From IMG/VR virus record IMGVR_UViG_3300020183_000052, positions 1 to 64,000 of that record: DNA of 64,000 nt; one strand, 5' to 3'. How positions within the stretch are numbered: position 1 is the first letter of the stretch; each line of letters starts with the position of its first letter. The position numbers were made by a program, and so were the translations under genes. Origin of the DNA: an uncultured virus (IMG/VR IMGVR_UViG_3300020183_000052). Taxonomy: Duplodnaviria > Heunggongvirae > Uroviricota > Caudoviricetes. Shown piece after piece: positions 24,701 to 37,692 of this stretch. Below the pieces are notes generated by a model, which saw nothing but the letters and a program-made list of their open reading frames with translations, searched no databases and had not been told where the DNA came from.

Positions 24701-26372
24701 TAACTATTATGATGAGAATACTAAACAGTATAGAGTAAACGGTCTACCTGTAAATGCTAGGTATAATCTTGATTCAGTTAACTATATATATCCATCTCTA
24801 AAGAGTGGATGGTATTATCAAGATGAAGAAAGATTTATTTATGCAAAACCAGAAACAGAAATATCTTCTGACGAATATGAAATAGTGTTAAATCAAACTG
24901 CAAGAAAAGGTTCTCCAATAATACTAAACGTTGTAGACTCAATGGGCTCAACAATAAATTATACGCAAGTTTCTTTTTATGACGAAGCTACTCCGTCTTT
25001 ATATGCATATCATAACTACGAGTACCTTACCACAAAAGATGGATACAACTTATATACGGCTTATTCAGATATATTGGACGTAACGGTAACGGATACTTAC
25101 ACTGGAAAAGTTTTACTCTCTGGAGAGAACTTTAGTTCAAACAAAATATCATTTGTTTCCTATCCCGAAACAAAGCCATTAATAATAGGCAGAGAGTATA
25201 AAGTTACATACAGAGTTAACAATAGCTTCAATGTTGATAATCAATATTTTAATTCAACAGACAATAGCTACAGAAGCAAAATAACCCTACTTAGTACACC
25301 AAGCTCTGCTTACGATAGTTATATAACTTATGAATCATCTATATACGATGAAGACTATGAGCTGAAAGAAACTAAATTAAACCCACTTTATAGCTTAGTA
25401 GACGAAGGGTTCTTGTACTTATCTCACAATCAATATCCTTATGATAATTTTGATTACATTCTTTCTCCAAAGCAAATCCTCGCAGATCAAAAAGATCTGA
25501 TGGTTCTTAATGTTTTTTCAAAAGACATTAACAATAATCCAAAACCATATATCAGCTATAGCATTTCTGGTTCAAACATCTCTGCAACACCAAGCAGCTT
25601 TACGACAGACATAGAGGGTTACGCAAGATCCCTAATAAGATATGTCGGATCAAGTGTTCCCTATGAAGAGGATAGTTACCTGTATATACAAGACCAAATC
25701 AATGCGACGGCAACCGTTGAATATTTGGTTAAGCCAGATTATTCATTGCTGGAAAGAATTTCCGCAGAAGTGGATAAGAAAATAATTGTAGCTGATGGCA
25801 TTCAATATGTAAACATAATTGGAAACACAGTGCCCAATACTGTTGTATATTGGAGAAAGGGAAGAAGCCTGCCAGACACATTTGATTTAGCATATGCGCT
25901 TGATTCAAATGAACCTGGTTCTTCCAAAAATAAAGGGCACAAGGTTGCAGATAATCAAGGTTTATTTAATATTGGCCCATTTACTGCTCAAGACGATGCC
26001 ACTCCGGGCTACTGGTTTGTTTCTGTAGAAACAGAGTTTTCTCAAATCACCAATGCCAATCCGACTACCGTTGGTGGAGACATAGTTTATTGGTATGAAA
26101 AATATGATTCTTTGCAATCTTCCTTGGGCGAACCGATACTGCAGCCAAACCTTAATTTAAATACAGCAAAAGCCCACTACGCTGATGTTAAAGCTTTTAA
26201 AGTCAACACTTTAACAGAAGAACCTTACTATAGTGCAAGTGCGACCCCAAGTTGGAACTTGCCGAGCTGGTATCCCATAACTAAGTATACGCAATATCAA
26301 ATGGGCATTTTGGGCGCTACTCCTTACGTGATTGAGTACTCAGATACATATCCAGATTATGAAGAGGAATAA
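21710..26372 (+). CDS. Large virion structural protein (~1553 aa), baseplate/tail region; +1 shift at CGG 22115
   Basis: AGGAG upstream. ORF 21710..22123 joins 22254..26372 via ATC C-GGT TAT AAA with no stop in the intervening +1 frame. FDEFGLKVGLQRL..ESNERFRSRI resembles wedge proteins. Confidence 0.7.
22115..22118 (+). other. CGG +1 recoding site 6 (ATC CGGT)
   Basis: 0 frame: CGG TTA TAA. +1 frame is open for 46 codons into the 22254 ORF. Confidence 0.8.
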
Positions 26373-26375
26373 CTT

Positions 26376-29300
26376 GTGAAAGCATTTGAGAACAAGACTG
26401 TAACCGGAAACGAACCGGCAGTAAAAAAGGGCTATAACTTGCCCAGTGATGCAGTAAATCTTCGGTTATTTCTCTTCTGAAGAAGTCACTCCGAAAGAGC
26501 ACTTAGGAGTTATAGATTTAGCTGGTATTATTCCAGAGAATATACCGTCTGGCTATGCAACTGAGGCGGATACGATGATGTACGCTGATGAGTTTGGTGT
26601 TTTAAGGCATGCCAGTAATAATCCAGAGCTTGGCCAACTAATTGGATCGCCAATTGTTCATAATTCATCTGTATCAATCAGTAATAATATATTAAGATTT
26701 GATAATGAGCAATTAAACTATAATTTTACTGGCAGGGTGAATGAATTTGAACAACAATCCTTTTGCCACAGCATATATATCAGCACAAATTTTGCCCTAA
26801 TTCCGTCCACGGTTTCAGAATATGCAGGGCTAGAAAGATCTTCTTATCTAAGGACTCCAGCTCAATACAATATTAGAATTGTAGATAATTCTGGAAAAGA
26901 AAATAAAAATTTAAAGTATAAAATTATGCTTGAAAGATATACAAACAACTCAAGTAGAAATCAATTGTCAGGATATACATATCAAACCGAAGACCTATAT
27001 AGAATAATAGTTTTATTTGATTCTGTAGATCCGCAAAATCTGTATCTTGTATATGATAAATATGAAATGGATGAAGACAGAATACCGTTTAATCCTCATT
27101 TTGGTTATAAAGAAAAAATAAATACGGTACCATACTACAATTATGTTGCAGAGGAATCTGAAGTTATAGATCCAAGCTCTAAGGATAAAAGAGTTTATTC
27201 AACACAATTGTTTTCTTACAAGGAAAATAATTTATTAAGAACTAGAATAAACAATGATGGATGGAAAATATATACTCCCAAAAAAGCGATACAAGATCCT
27301 AGAACTTTTCAAAGTTTTAATTGGCGCTTATTGGCAAAAATTACCTACAACTTTTCTAGAACAAGAAATGTTTATTCATCAGATGAAAGACCCTTTTTGA
27401 ATGTTGGAGTGTTATATTCTGGTTCTGTAGATCAAGTAAAAAATGCGTATGTTTTTGCGAATTTGGAAACAGGACCTTTTAATATTCAAAAATATTTATT
27501 TAACAATCCCAATGCCAGTAATCAGTATAACAAATCTCAAAAAAATTATTGGCTAGTTGATATTGACAACATGCAGGCATCATTTTCTTCTTATGATTTA
27601 TTAATTTGGACGCCAACAAGACCTATAACAGAACAGCAAATTGCAAACGTAGAATCAATTCTTTCTCAAAATGTTTCTATAATGATTGATTTTTCTCAAT
27701 TATCTTTAAGTTCTTTAACAAGTTTTGGTTTTAATTTTTCTATACAAAGTTCAAACTCTGGATACATAACGATAGACTCAACCTACGTAAATGGCGACAC
27801 ACAAATGGGTTCTTTTAGTCTTTCTTCCTATCAGGAAACTCAAGCAAACACTGCGAATAATGTTACAGGAAAGAGAAAAGAACCATTAAACAACAACGCT
27901 ATAATACCAATACCAGTTTTTGTTGGAGAAATTTCTGCACAATCTAGGTCAACTTCTATCGTCAGACAAGGAGAAAATCATGTAATAGTTAAAAGGACAA
28001 ATCCTACAGGCAACCTTTATCCAGCTTCGTTAACAGTAACCGCATGTCCATTTTTTCAAATACTAAATGATGTTTTTGCAACTGACGGAACACAAACTAC
28101 TAATAATGGTCAGACCAACATTTTACCCCCTGGATCTGTCAGGTCAGATGTTGTTACTGGGCCGAGTAAATTGTTTTATAACATAATTGCCGACACCAGT
28201 AAAACAAAAGTAAATAATTATTCGATTAATAATACTAGTCAAGAATCTACAATATTATGGAATGTTTCTCCTTGGAGAAATTCTTGGACAATAAATGGTC
28301 AATTAAGAAACAATCAAGTAACAGTATTGACACCAACGGAAATTGAAACATATCATTTTGCGTTTAGAACGCCAATAGGATCAAGCACTTCTAAATTCTG
28401 CAGACAAATAAGCTATTCTGTTGAACAGTTATTCAGGGCAGATTTTGAGACAACCCCAAATGGTGGGGATGCACAGAATATAATTAACCAAGATTGTAGC
28501 AATGTTGAGTTTTATCTTGAGTGCACAAACAGAAATGTTGAGTTTTTAAATTTCAATAATATTAACGAAGATATAGTCAACGGAAATGAAACTCTTATAG
28601 GTCAAGTACCGCTTCAAAACTCTATGTTTAAAATTTCAACCGCTGCAAAAAATCAAATAATAAGCGGATCTGCAGTAGCCCTAGAGGCCATATCAAGTGT
28701 TAATTCAGTTGAGTTAAATCTAGGTGACTATTCTTATCCGTTTATAGTTACCAACACCTCTGAATACCAGGAGCGAATAGGATCGAATATAAACACCCCT
28801 AACGATTATTTGCCAGGCAGTCAAGTTGCTCAAGATTATAGCTTCACACTAAGAACGCAAGTTTCTATTTCTGAAGTTACAAAAACTATTCACAGGTATA
28901 AAATAGAATGGAGTGTTCCGTTTACCAGTATCGTTGGAGGCAGTGCCGATTTCGGAGCATATATAATCTCGAAGGGCGGAATTAGCGGATCTCTTTCAAG
29001 GACAAATTATTCGGTAGCACACTCCGCAGAAAATAAAATACAAATTGCAAAAACATTTTCTAGATTTCACAACTACAAGTATCCTAGTAGAATATTTTCT
29101 AGGACAGATATAAGATCTCTTGATTATGACGACACCTCCTATCCTCAAAACAATTTTCACTACACCGGAGACATTGATGTGGGCAATAGATGGGACGAAT
29201 ATTTTTATGGCAAAGATTCTGCAACAACATCATCTGGGTCAACAACTGGAACACAAGTTACGGTAACAAATACCCAAACAACAAATAAAGGAACAGCAAT

Positions 29301-32300
29301 TCCTTCAGCAACCATAAAAGCAAATATAATTAAAGCAAGAATGGCTGATGGGTCTTATGAAACTGGCGATTTGAATATTAATGGTAAATTTACACCAAAC
29401 GCGTTCTGGAGAAAATTAATTTGGACAGGTGGAGAACCGGAAAGCCTAAGTATAATATTTCATAAATGGCTGCTCAAGCTTTTAGATGACAAGCTTGGTA
29501 AAAGTCGTCAACCGGCGACCACCGATCGGGTACCTATCTGTTACACAAGGTGATTTTATCGCTGATGAATTCACTAAAGCATACCCTGCAATTCATGAAG
29601 CAACCCGAACAATATCTTCTGGCTCATCTCCAGCAAGAGTTACTGCAACAAGTGTAACAAGATCATCTTCAATAAAAACATATCGCAATGGATACTCAAA
29701 AGATTTTGTTAAATATATTCAATATACACTGTTAGATCAACAATATAAATTAACAATAAATGGAGAATATGACAAGGCAACAGCCAATGCAATTATGTCG
29801 TTTCAAAAAAGCAAAAATCTTAGTTTTATTGATGCACTTGTTGATTCTGAAACTAAATCTGTTTTGGCTACATATTGGTTGTCTTTATTGAAGAATAATA
29901 CTGATCTTTATAACGAAAAAATAAAAGAAGCGCCAGAAGGTGTACAAAAATACATCAAGGCAGCCGTTAAATATTCGGATATAGCAAATGTGGGAGTTCC
30001 AGGAAGAGAGTACAGAAGAATAAGTTTTACAGGCGTACCTGGTCCAACTGAAATTGTTGATAATTTTATTGTTAAAATACCTCAAGTGGCAAGCGGACAA
30101 AAAATTCATGGTATAACCATCTCAACTGGTTCTTGGCCAGCAGTTTTTGAATCTGTATTTTTGTATAAACAAGACTTTAATGTAAACGCTTTTTATACTC
30201 AGCTAGGCGCAAATGCAAAGATACCAAATGCGCAGTATGAAACAGGAATTATGGGAGATACAGAAATAGCACCGAATTCATCTCACACAATTAATTTTGA
30301 CACTTATCAAGGGGTAGAAAATATCAAATATGCGATGATTACAATTAAGGGTAGAAAATTGTTGGCACAAAAATATGGACCGAATGCCGAAGGGTTTTCT
30401 GTATCTGATATTCAATTTGCCATATCTTCCGATGGAACGTATACCCCGCCAGAATTGGGAGGCTCTTCTAGATTTCAGGGAGTTGCAACAGGAAAAATAT
30501 CTGGATATACAGAAATAGAATCTTCTGAACAAAAAGCAATAGACTTTGCAAGTGTAAATACTTTGCTAGCAGGAACAAGTTCTATTGAGTCAATTCAAAT
30601 AACAAATATATCCTTTGAAGCTTCAAGCAATGGCGTAAAAAAACAAATAAATCATACTATTCCTAGTTCTGAAATAGAGAGAAAAAATAAATTAAATTTA
30701 AACTATTCTTTTGCAGAATCATATTCTGGTGATGGCAATATCGCAATAACATTAGATCCACTATCTCAAAATTTAGGCTTAAACTTGAACAACGTTGGGA
30801 CAATTCCAATATCAAGAGCACAAATAATATCGGCAAATACATTTTCTGATGCTAGCATATCTGATTTTTCCATAACAAAAGTAGATGGAAGGCCAAATCT
30901 TTATGTAGTTAAAACAACGAATGGAATACAGTACAATTCAACAGAAGCTTTTCCTCAAGTAAACGTGGAAAATTACTACATCGCCGATGCCGACAATATT
31001 GCAAGCAGGCAAAATATAAAATTGACGATAAATGCGAAAGATGGTCTAGTTGTATTGGTTAATAGCAATGGCACTCCAGCTGGTTTTCCAAATTTTGCTA
31101 GCTATCAAAACACAAGTTCCAACACAATATTTGGATTTGGTTTTATTAACCTTTTATGGGGGGGAGCAAATCCTGCCCCATATGGTCTTGACTGGCAATT
31201 CTTGTACATAAATCCGTCTTCAGGCCAAAGAACTTTTCTTGGTAGAAAAATAACCTACGCTGAGTTTGTGCAGAAAGGTCCTGCAAATATTTATATAGGT
31301 CTTAACGTATACGATGCAGACATGAACCAACAAACCATTAATAATATAGTTGGTGAATCATTGAGAAATTCTCAATTGGTACAATTGAATAAACCAACCA
31401 GATACATATGTCCAGTTTATTCCGTAAAGGTAATTAGCAGACCAAAAATAGCAGTTAGTGCGCCTCCTTCAACTTTAACCAAGTTTGATACATGGTATGT
31501 TAATCTTACTCCTGGTAAGTTTGTTAAGCAGATTACGATACCTGCTGCATATAACTTTACCAATTGGTTGAAAGAGTACAGGGGTCAGAATTTAAAGTGC
31601 TACTACGATACAACTAAAATTAAAACGCCTTATTCATCAATTTTTGGTTTTGGCTACTATGATGTATATGACGAAAATCCAAAGATTGTTTCTGATAACG
31701 AGATTGCTTTAAGACATGGACAGATACATTGTGTACAGGAGCAGTATGATAAAACGTATCAAGTACCCAGTTCTGGTCAGAACCAATACACTGATGCAAG
31801 TCCAATAGTTCCGTGGATTAAGGTGTATTTGAAGAAAAATAACGACACGTGGGTAGAAGTTTCTAGAAAAGAAATAAAAAGTTTTGATAAACATACTGGT
31901 TTAATAAAATTCAAAAAAGAAATAGTTCCACTTGAATCAAAAGATATTCAAGTTAGCTACACAATTAAGACATCAAACATAATGATCCACCAAATAGACG
32001 GACAACTTCTTCCCATAAATCCATACAGTGCACCAAAGACAAACAGGCCGATATTTCTGTATATACTTCCATTAAAATGCGAACAAATGTCAGGGACAAA
32101 TTCGTCAGTTATAAATGAGTTTGTTGCACAAGGAGCCATTCAATACACTAATGATTCTAACATTTTTAAAATCAGTTCTAATTCTTATAACCCACTTGCC
32201 TTACATATCGCTACTATATTGATAAATAATAAGTACGACTTCAGTAATGTTAAAGTGGAAGATATGAGACTGAGGGGTGGCGGGCTGTCCAGCAAGGTTG

Positions 32301-32542
32301 ATATTGGCAGAATATTTGAAGAAAATAAAGATATTGGTTCTTATGCAGATTTGTACACAGGAAAAGCATACCTTCATCCAAATGGTGGATATGTTGTAGT
32401 TCAAATTCCGAGAGAAGTAATGAACAATTTTTCTTCAAAGCAAGAAGTTTACAATATAGTCCGCAATAATATAACAGCTGGCGTAAGCTTTGATATACAA
32501 GACCTGGATGGGATTGATTGGAGATCGATAGATAATGATTAA
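26376..32542 (+). CDS. Large virion protein (~2054 aa) with a peptidoglycan-binding domain; +1 shifts at 26463 and 29527
   Basis: GTG at 26376 after GAGGA; joins 26575..29553 and 29486..32542. PG_binding_1-like segment VKYIQYTL..INGEYDKATANAIMSFQKSKNL..DALVDSETKSVL. Confidence 0.7.
26463..26466 (+). other. CGG +1 recoding site 7 (CTT CGGT)
   Basis: +1 frame GYFSSEEVTPKEHLGVIDL is open into the 26575 ORF and fills the apparent 200-nt gap. Confidence 0.8.
29527..29530 (+). other. CGG +1 recoding site 8 (GAT CGGG)
   Basis: +1 frame reads GYLSVTQGDFIADEF, i.e. ORF 29486..32542. Confidence 0.7.
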
Positions 32543-35199
32543 TGACCTCGGCAATTATGTAATGTCTTTTGGCGGATCTTTTCGCAAAAGTATTTATTCT
32601 GTATTAAAACAATCTTTGTTGGAAAAAGAAGAATTAGGAAGATTGATTGAAAAAACTTCTTCTTTGACAAAAGCATCTGATTATATACCGGTATTTGTGT
32701 CTCCTTTGTCTGAATTTCAGAGAGAAGTTTTAGTTGATTTGTTTAGAGATCTTGAGTTAAGAGTCAAGTCTTTGTATACAATATCTTCTACCTTGTCGCT
32801 GTTAGCGTCTGGTATGGCAAATATTTTTGGTGGAGAGATTGAAAAAATAGAAAGAGATATTGAATATTTAAATTCCTATATCAATAATTACTCTTTTATA
32901 TCGCGGAGAAGATGATTTATATAATATTAATTTTATAGAAAATTTTGATAATGATCAAAATTATTATAAATATGATCAAGGATTTGATTTAACAATTACA
33001 GATAGAAATAATGTAAATTTTGCTGAAAGAGAAAAAAGTTACGTAGATTCATTTACTGGTACTCTAAAATTTTCTCAAAATATAGAAGAACTTTTTGTTC
33101 CAATTTCTAAAAGCAATATAAAATCTATTTCTTATAAGACTAATTTTTCTGATCATATTATATCAAGTGATACAGGAGTGGAAAACTCTATTACCGGAGA
33201 CTCAAACAACTCTTGGAACCTAACAATCAAAAGTCCCTCTATAATAAATGATTCAATATTTTCTAGGACAGAATATTATTCTTTTAAGAATTCTTCTACC
33301 ACTTCGAGTGGAGCAGAGGTAGCAGTTCGTGTTGAATTATTTTCTCCCGTACGAGCCTCTCGCATAAGAATCTCCCCAAACGTTGGAAGCGGGCTTTCCC
33401 TAACTCAAGCGGTCTTACGTAGTGGTCAAGCCAATACCAACAACGCGTCGTCTAATCAAAATAATTATGTTCCACTAATGACTGATGCCGTATTTTCAAA
33501 TAAAAATATAGATATTAATTTTCCAGAACAAGAAATACAAGAATTTATACTTTTCTTTAAGCAAAAAAAATATAAAAGAACAAAATTACCAGCACAACAA
33601 TCTGAAATAAATTCTAAAATGATTAACTATATAGTTAAAAAATTAAGAGCTGAAAGAAAACAAAAACATGACACACTTCAAGACTATGTTTTTAACTTTT
33701 TCTTAAAAGATTTTAATAGGGATTTTGTATTAAAAAATAAAAATATTCATTCATACAATTATACAAAGTATTATCCAACGAAAAAAAACAAAGACCAGGT
33801 TACCATATTGAAAATGGATAAAAGAGAATCTAGACCTTCCGACATAGACGACTACAATAGATTTAAAAACTTTGATGTTATTAACAATATTGTTTTTTCT
33901 GTAGTTTCTTTTAGTTTAGGATCAAAAGTTAGGTCTTTGAATCCATCAACTTATGTGGATTCGACTTTAAGGTCTACAATTAAATCTGTTAATTCCTATT
34001 TGTCTGGTGGAATAATTCCAGTTGGCGACTCAAACAACTTTGATAACAACGGACATTTTGTCGGCAATAATACGTTGTCGCCCAATAGAAGTGATGCAAC
34101 TCAAATAATGAACAACATAGAGTCAAAAGATATGTATGAGTATATGTTTTCCATAAAGAATATATCTGTTATGTCTACTCAGGCAATGCAAAATAATAGT
34201 CGTAGAGCTTTTTTCGTAAGCAAAAGATTGCCGTTAAACGCAAGACCAATGTCTGTCAAGGCTTTATGGAATACGGTTGATAACAATATTGGAACCAATT
34301 TAAGCAGCTATTTGGCCTCAACCTCTATTGAATTAAGTGTTAGTGTGAAGGAAAGTCCATCAAGCGAAAATGATTGGAAACCCATAATGCCTTATGATTC
34401 GAACCAAATTGATTCTGAACTATTAATTTTTGGATCAAATAATACTGCGTCGCTAAGATTTCCGCCACTTACAGAATCTGTAACAATCTATAAAGATGGA
34501 TTAATAATGCCAAGTAATCAGTTTGCTGTGTCTGGATCTACGGTAACATTGGCCTCAAGAGTAGCACAGGCTAACTCGATTTATGTGGCGCGCTATAGTC
34601 CATCAAATATATCTGCCGCTAAAGAAATTCAATTATTTTCTGCAAATTTGGCGAGTCCGGTTTTATCTATGGCCTCTTCAAATGGTCAGTCTGGAGAGTA
34701 CTTTAATAAGGTAAATTATGATCTTTCTGCGCAGCTTTCTAAATGTCCCTACATTGACCGATCCAAGTTGGTAGGGGGGAACTATAACTCTTATATGGGA
34801 ACGATAACAAGCTCTAATACGTCTTTTGGTAATTACGATTATTCTTCTTATTCTCCAGTAAAAGTTATTTTTGACGATAACACAACGGCCATTAACTTAA
34901 CTAATTATCTCTTGAATGACAATAGTCTTCCTATTTTCCCCAATGACACAAGTTCAATTTATTTTGTTCATTATGATAAAACAATTATTTTCAATAAAAA
35001 CCCCACAAAATCATTTAGAGTTATGTATCAATATCTCCCAGATATATTTAGATATAGGGTTATTCTAAGATCTCTTACTCCAACGATGGAAAATTCATCT
35101 TTAGATAGATTGATTTTTAAGTTTTCAGGATTTAAAGAAGATTCTATGACAAATAAATTTATAAGATATGATAATATATTTAGAAAAACAAATTCTTAA
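32535..35199 (+). CDS. Virion structural protein (~887 aa); +1 shift at CGG 32904
   Basis: ORF 32535..32915 joins 33178..35199 via TCG C-GGA GAA GAT GAT; the +1 frame is open for 91 codons across the apparent gap. Confidence 0.75.
32904..32907 (+). other. CGG +1 recoding site 9 (TCG CGGA)
   Basis: 0 frame: CGG AGA AGA TGA. +1 frame: GEDDLYNINFIENFDN... Confidence 0.8.
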
Positions 35200-35208
35200 G
35201 GATTAAAT

Positions 35209-37692
35209 ATGGCACAATTATCAACTGATTCTCTAGCCTACTCTCAAATAATAGCTATTATACAGAAGTTCGTTGACGGCTATGTTAGTAATCAAAATGT
35301 TACACCTAAAGAATTTGATGCGGCCTATGCGGAAATGCTGGCAATAATAAGGGCTATTGTTGGCTCTCCCCTAGCCGAACTTGATTTAATAAACACAGGT
35401 GATATACCGTCTTCTGCGAGATTTAATAAAATGGTGGCAGCTATTGGCGCAGATGTCAATATCATAACAAATCAATTAGACTCTCTTACCGCAAATTACA
35501 TAAATTCTTTTAATATTTTGAATCAAGAAATAGAATCAGAAAAATCTTCTGTTGCAAGAATAAGATCTAAAATAGCTGCACTAGAGATGTACTCTAGCAG
35601 TTCCTCCAATAATATATCATATTTAGGTGACTTGTTAAATAATATGGATTTAATAGATGTATCTAAAACTAAGGGTATTAACGTGTGTGATGTTTCTGCT
35701 GGAGTTGCAACGTTGCCACTAAAAGGGAGATCAAAATGGAATTCTCGCGTTGTTGTTTATAATCAAAATTATAATAACTTTAATTCAGATCAAAACACCA
35801 ATCCGTTTGGAATTTCTAATGGCTTAGCTGGATGTAGCTTTTTGTTTTCTGAAGGTACATTAAACAATGTGCAAGATCCTTTTTTGTTTCAAAAAGATTC
35901 TTTAACAGTTAAAAATGATCCAACAAAAATGATAGACCAAAGCCCGGTGTCCTATTATGAATACGAAGCGATTAGTTTGGACAAAAATCAATCTTCAGTC
36001 ACTAGACCCTCTTATGAGTTTAGGTATATAAGCGGTAATAATGAAGTTGAATGGTCAAGCTTTGATCACACAAAGCCACTTAAACTAACAGTTGAACTTA
36101 ACTCAGTAAAGTCATCTGGGGAAAAGGTTAACTATCTTTCAATAATTCCATTTTTTGGCTATGACGAAGTTGGTTTAAATGCAAGAATTAAAAATATAAA
36201 AGTTACGTCTATTCAATTGTATAACACAGTAACCAATAGATTGTTCCAGGTTATTCAAGGAAATCCCGTGTATATTGGTGCAGATATATCCGGATCTACA
36301 ATAGGCAACTATAATAATTACTCATACAATAAAGGAATTTTTAGATTTGAAGAAGTAACCGCAAATAAAATTTACATTACTTTTGAACAAGATTTATTTA
36401 ATGATGTGTTAATTAAAAATATATATTGGGAGCCTTATGCTTCTGAAACATATTTAAACTCTACTCAAAATTCTCCTAAGTGGAGAAATCAAAGTAGATT
36501 TGCCCCAGAACAGGACATGCCACCTGGCTACGTGCAGGGCTCCTTAAGGTGGAACAAAAATTCAATAATTCCATCGATTGAAAGACCTAATTCAATTAAG
36601 TCTTTAACAGCCGATTCTGTTAGGGTAGATCTTTCTTATTCTGTAAATACACCTGTTCAGAATAATAGATTAAAGTTAACAAAAGCCACAGATGTTTTTT
36701 GTTTTTACGAAAGAAAACAAACCTTTATGGGTAAGGAATATTATGTGTTTAGAAACGTACCATCCATAAATGTTACGACTGGAGTAGTCAACTCAATAAA
36801 ATCGGAGATTACAGCCGATCCCACAAAATCACCATGTGTATTTTTGGCAGAAAATGAAACACTTAGCCTTAAAAAAGTAGACTTATCAACAATTGGTATT
36901 GATGCTGGAACTGCGGTCACTGGTGGCTATCAACACACGCTCACTATTTCTTGTGCAGAGAACCATAATCTTGCAGCTGGAGATCGCATTTTTCTAAGTG
37001 GAACAATAAGATCAGCAACCGTTGAGTTTAACGAAATATACCAAGTTGCCACTGTGATCAATTCAACTTCTTTTACTGTTGTTGACATCAGTGCCAACCA
37101 AGTTGCAGCGGGAACAAGCCCTGCAGTAACAGTTGTCTGCATGCCATTGTATGCATTGGCGTCAACAACAAATTTAACAATAGACACAATATCCATAACC
37201 GCTCCAAAAGTAGAAACAGAGCAAGTATTTTTAAAGAGAAAATATGAAAAATTAAGAGCAAAAAGAGCCAGTATAGGCATTAGAGATATATTTGTCGGAA
37301 AAGAATTATTTTCTGATAAAGCAGAAATTATATCAAAACCATTTTATGTAAAAGAAAATGTTGACCTTGTAAGCCTTGAGGTTGAAGATAGAGTGCCGGC
37401 GACAGATGATGATTCAACATCAATCGATTACTACATAAGTGTAGACGATGGCATTAAGTGGATACAAATATCGCCGATACAAAGAAACTTTGTGGGAGTG
37501 CCGGAGATAGTGGCCTTTAATCAAAACATACCGTCGTCAAGCATGCTGCCACAAATAGCCTACTACAATTATCCCGAAGTGCCAAATCCGATTAAATCCA
37601 TAAGATTCAGAGCCATTATGAAAAAAAGCAGAAGCGGCAATTTAAGTCCTGAGTTAAGTCAGTATAAATTGGGAGTAAGATTTAAACAATGA
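35209..37692 (+). CDS. Putative virion structural protein (827 aa)
   Basis: AAGGA RBS; helical N-terminus and beta-rich C-terminus, similar in architecture to its neighbours. Confidence 0.6.
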   Translation: MAQLSTDSLAYSQIIAIIQKFVDGYVSNQNVTPKEFDAAYAEMLAIIRAIVGSPLAELDLINTGDIPSSARFNKMVAAIGADVNIITNQLDSLTANYINSFNILNQEIESEKSSVARIRSKIAALEMYSSSSSNNISYLGDLLNNMDLIDVSKTKGINVCDVSAGVATLPLKGRSKWNSRVVVYNQNYNNFNSDQNTNPFGISNGLAGCSFLFSEGTLNNVQDPFLFQKDSLTVKNDPTKMIDQSPVSYYEYEAISLDKNQSSVTRPSYEFRYISGNNEVEWSSFDHTKPLKLTVELNSVKSSGEKVNYLSIIPFFGYDEVGLNARIKNIKVTSIQLYNTVTNRLFQVIQGNPVYIGADISGSTIGNYNNYSYNKGIFRFEEVTANKIYITFEQDLFNDVLIKNIYWEPYASETYLNSTQNSPKWRNQSRFAPEQDMPPGYVQGSLRWNKNSIIPSIERPNSIKSLTADSVRVDLSYSVNTPVQNNRLKLTKATDVFCFYERKQTFMGKEYYVFRNVPSINVTTGVVNSIKSEITADPTKSPCVFLAENETLSLKKVDLSTIGIDAGTAVTGGYQHTLTISCAENHNLAAGDRIFLSGTIRSATVEFNEIYQVATVINSTSFTVVDISANQVAAGTSPAVTVVCMPLYALASTTNLTIDTISITAPKVETEQVFLKRKYEKLRAKRASIGIRDIFVGKELFSDKAEIISKPFYVKENVDLVSLEVEDRVPATDDDSTSIDYYISVDDGIKWIQISPIQRNFVGVPEIVAFNQNIPSSSMLPQIAYYNYPEVPNPIKSIRFRAIMKKSRSGNLSPELSQYKLGVRFKQ

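Noticed and set aside
32916..33177. Apparent AT-rich intergenic gaps (also 19124-19232, 22124-22253, 26373-26574, 56409-56514) as ncRNA or origin
   Set aside because: Each is open coding sequence once the CGG shift is applied.
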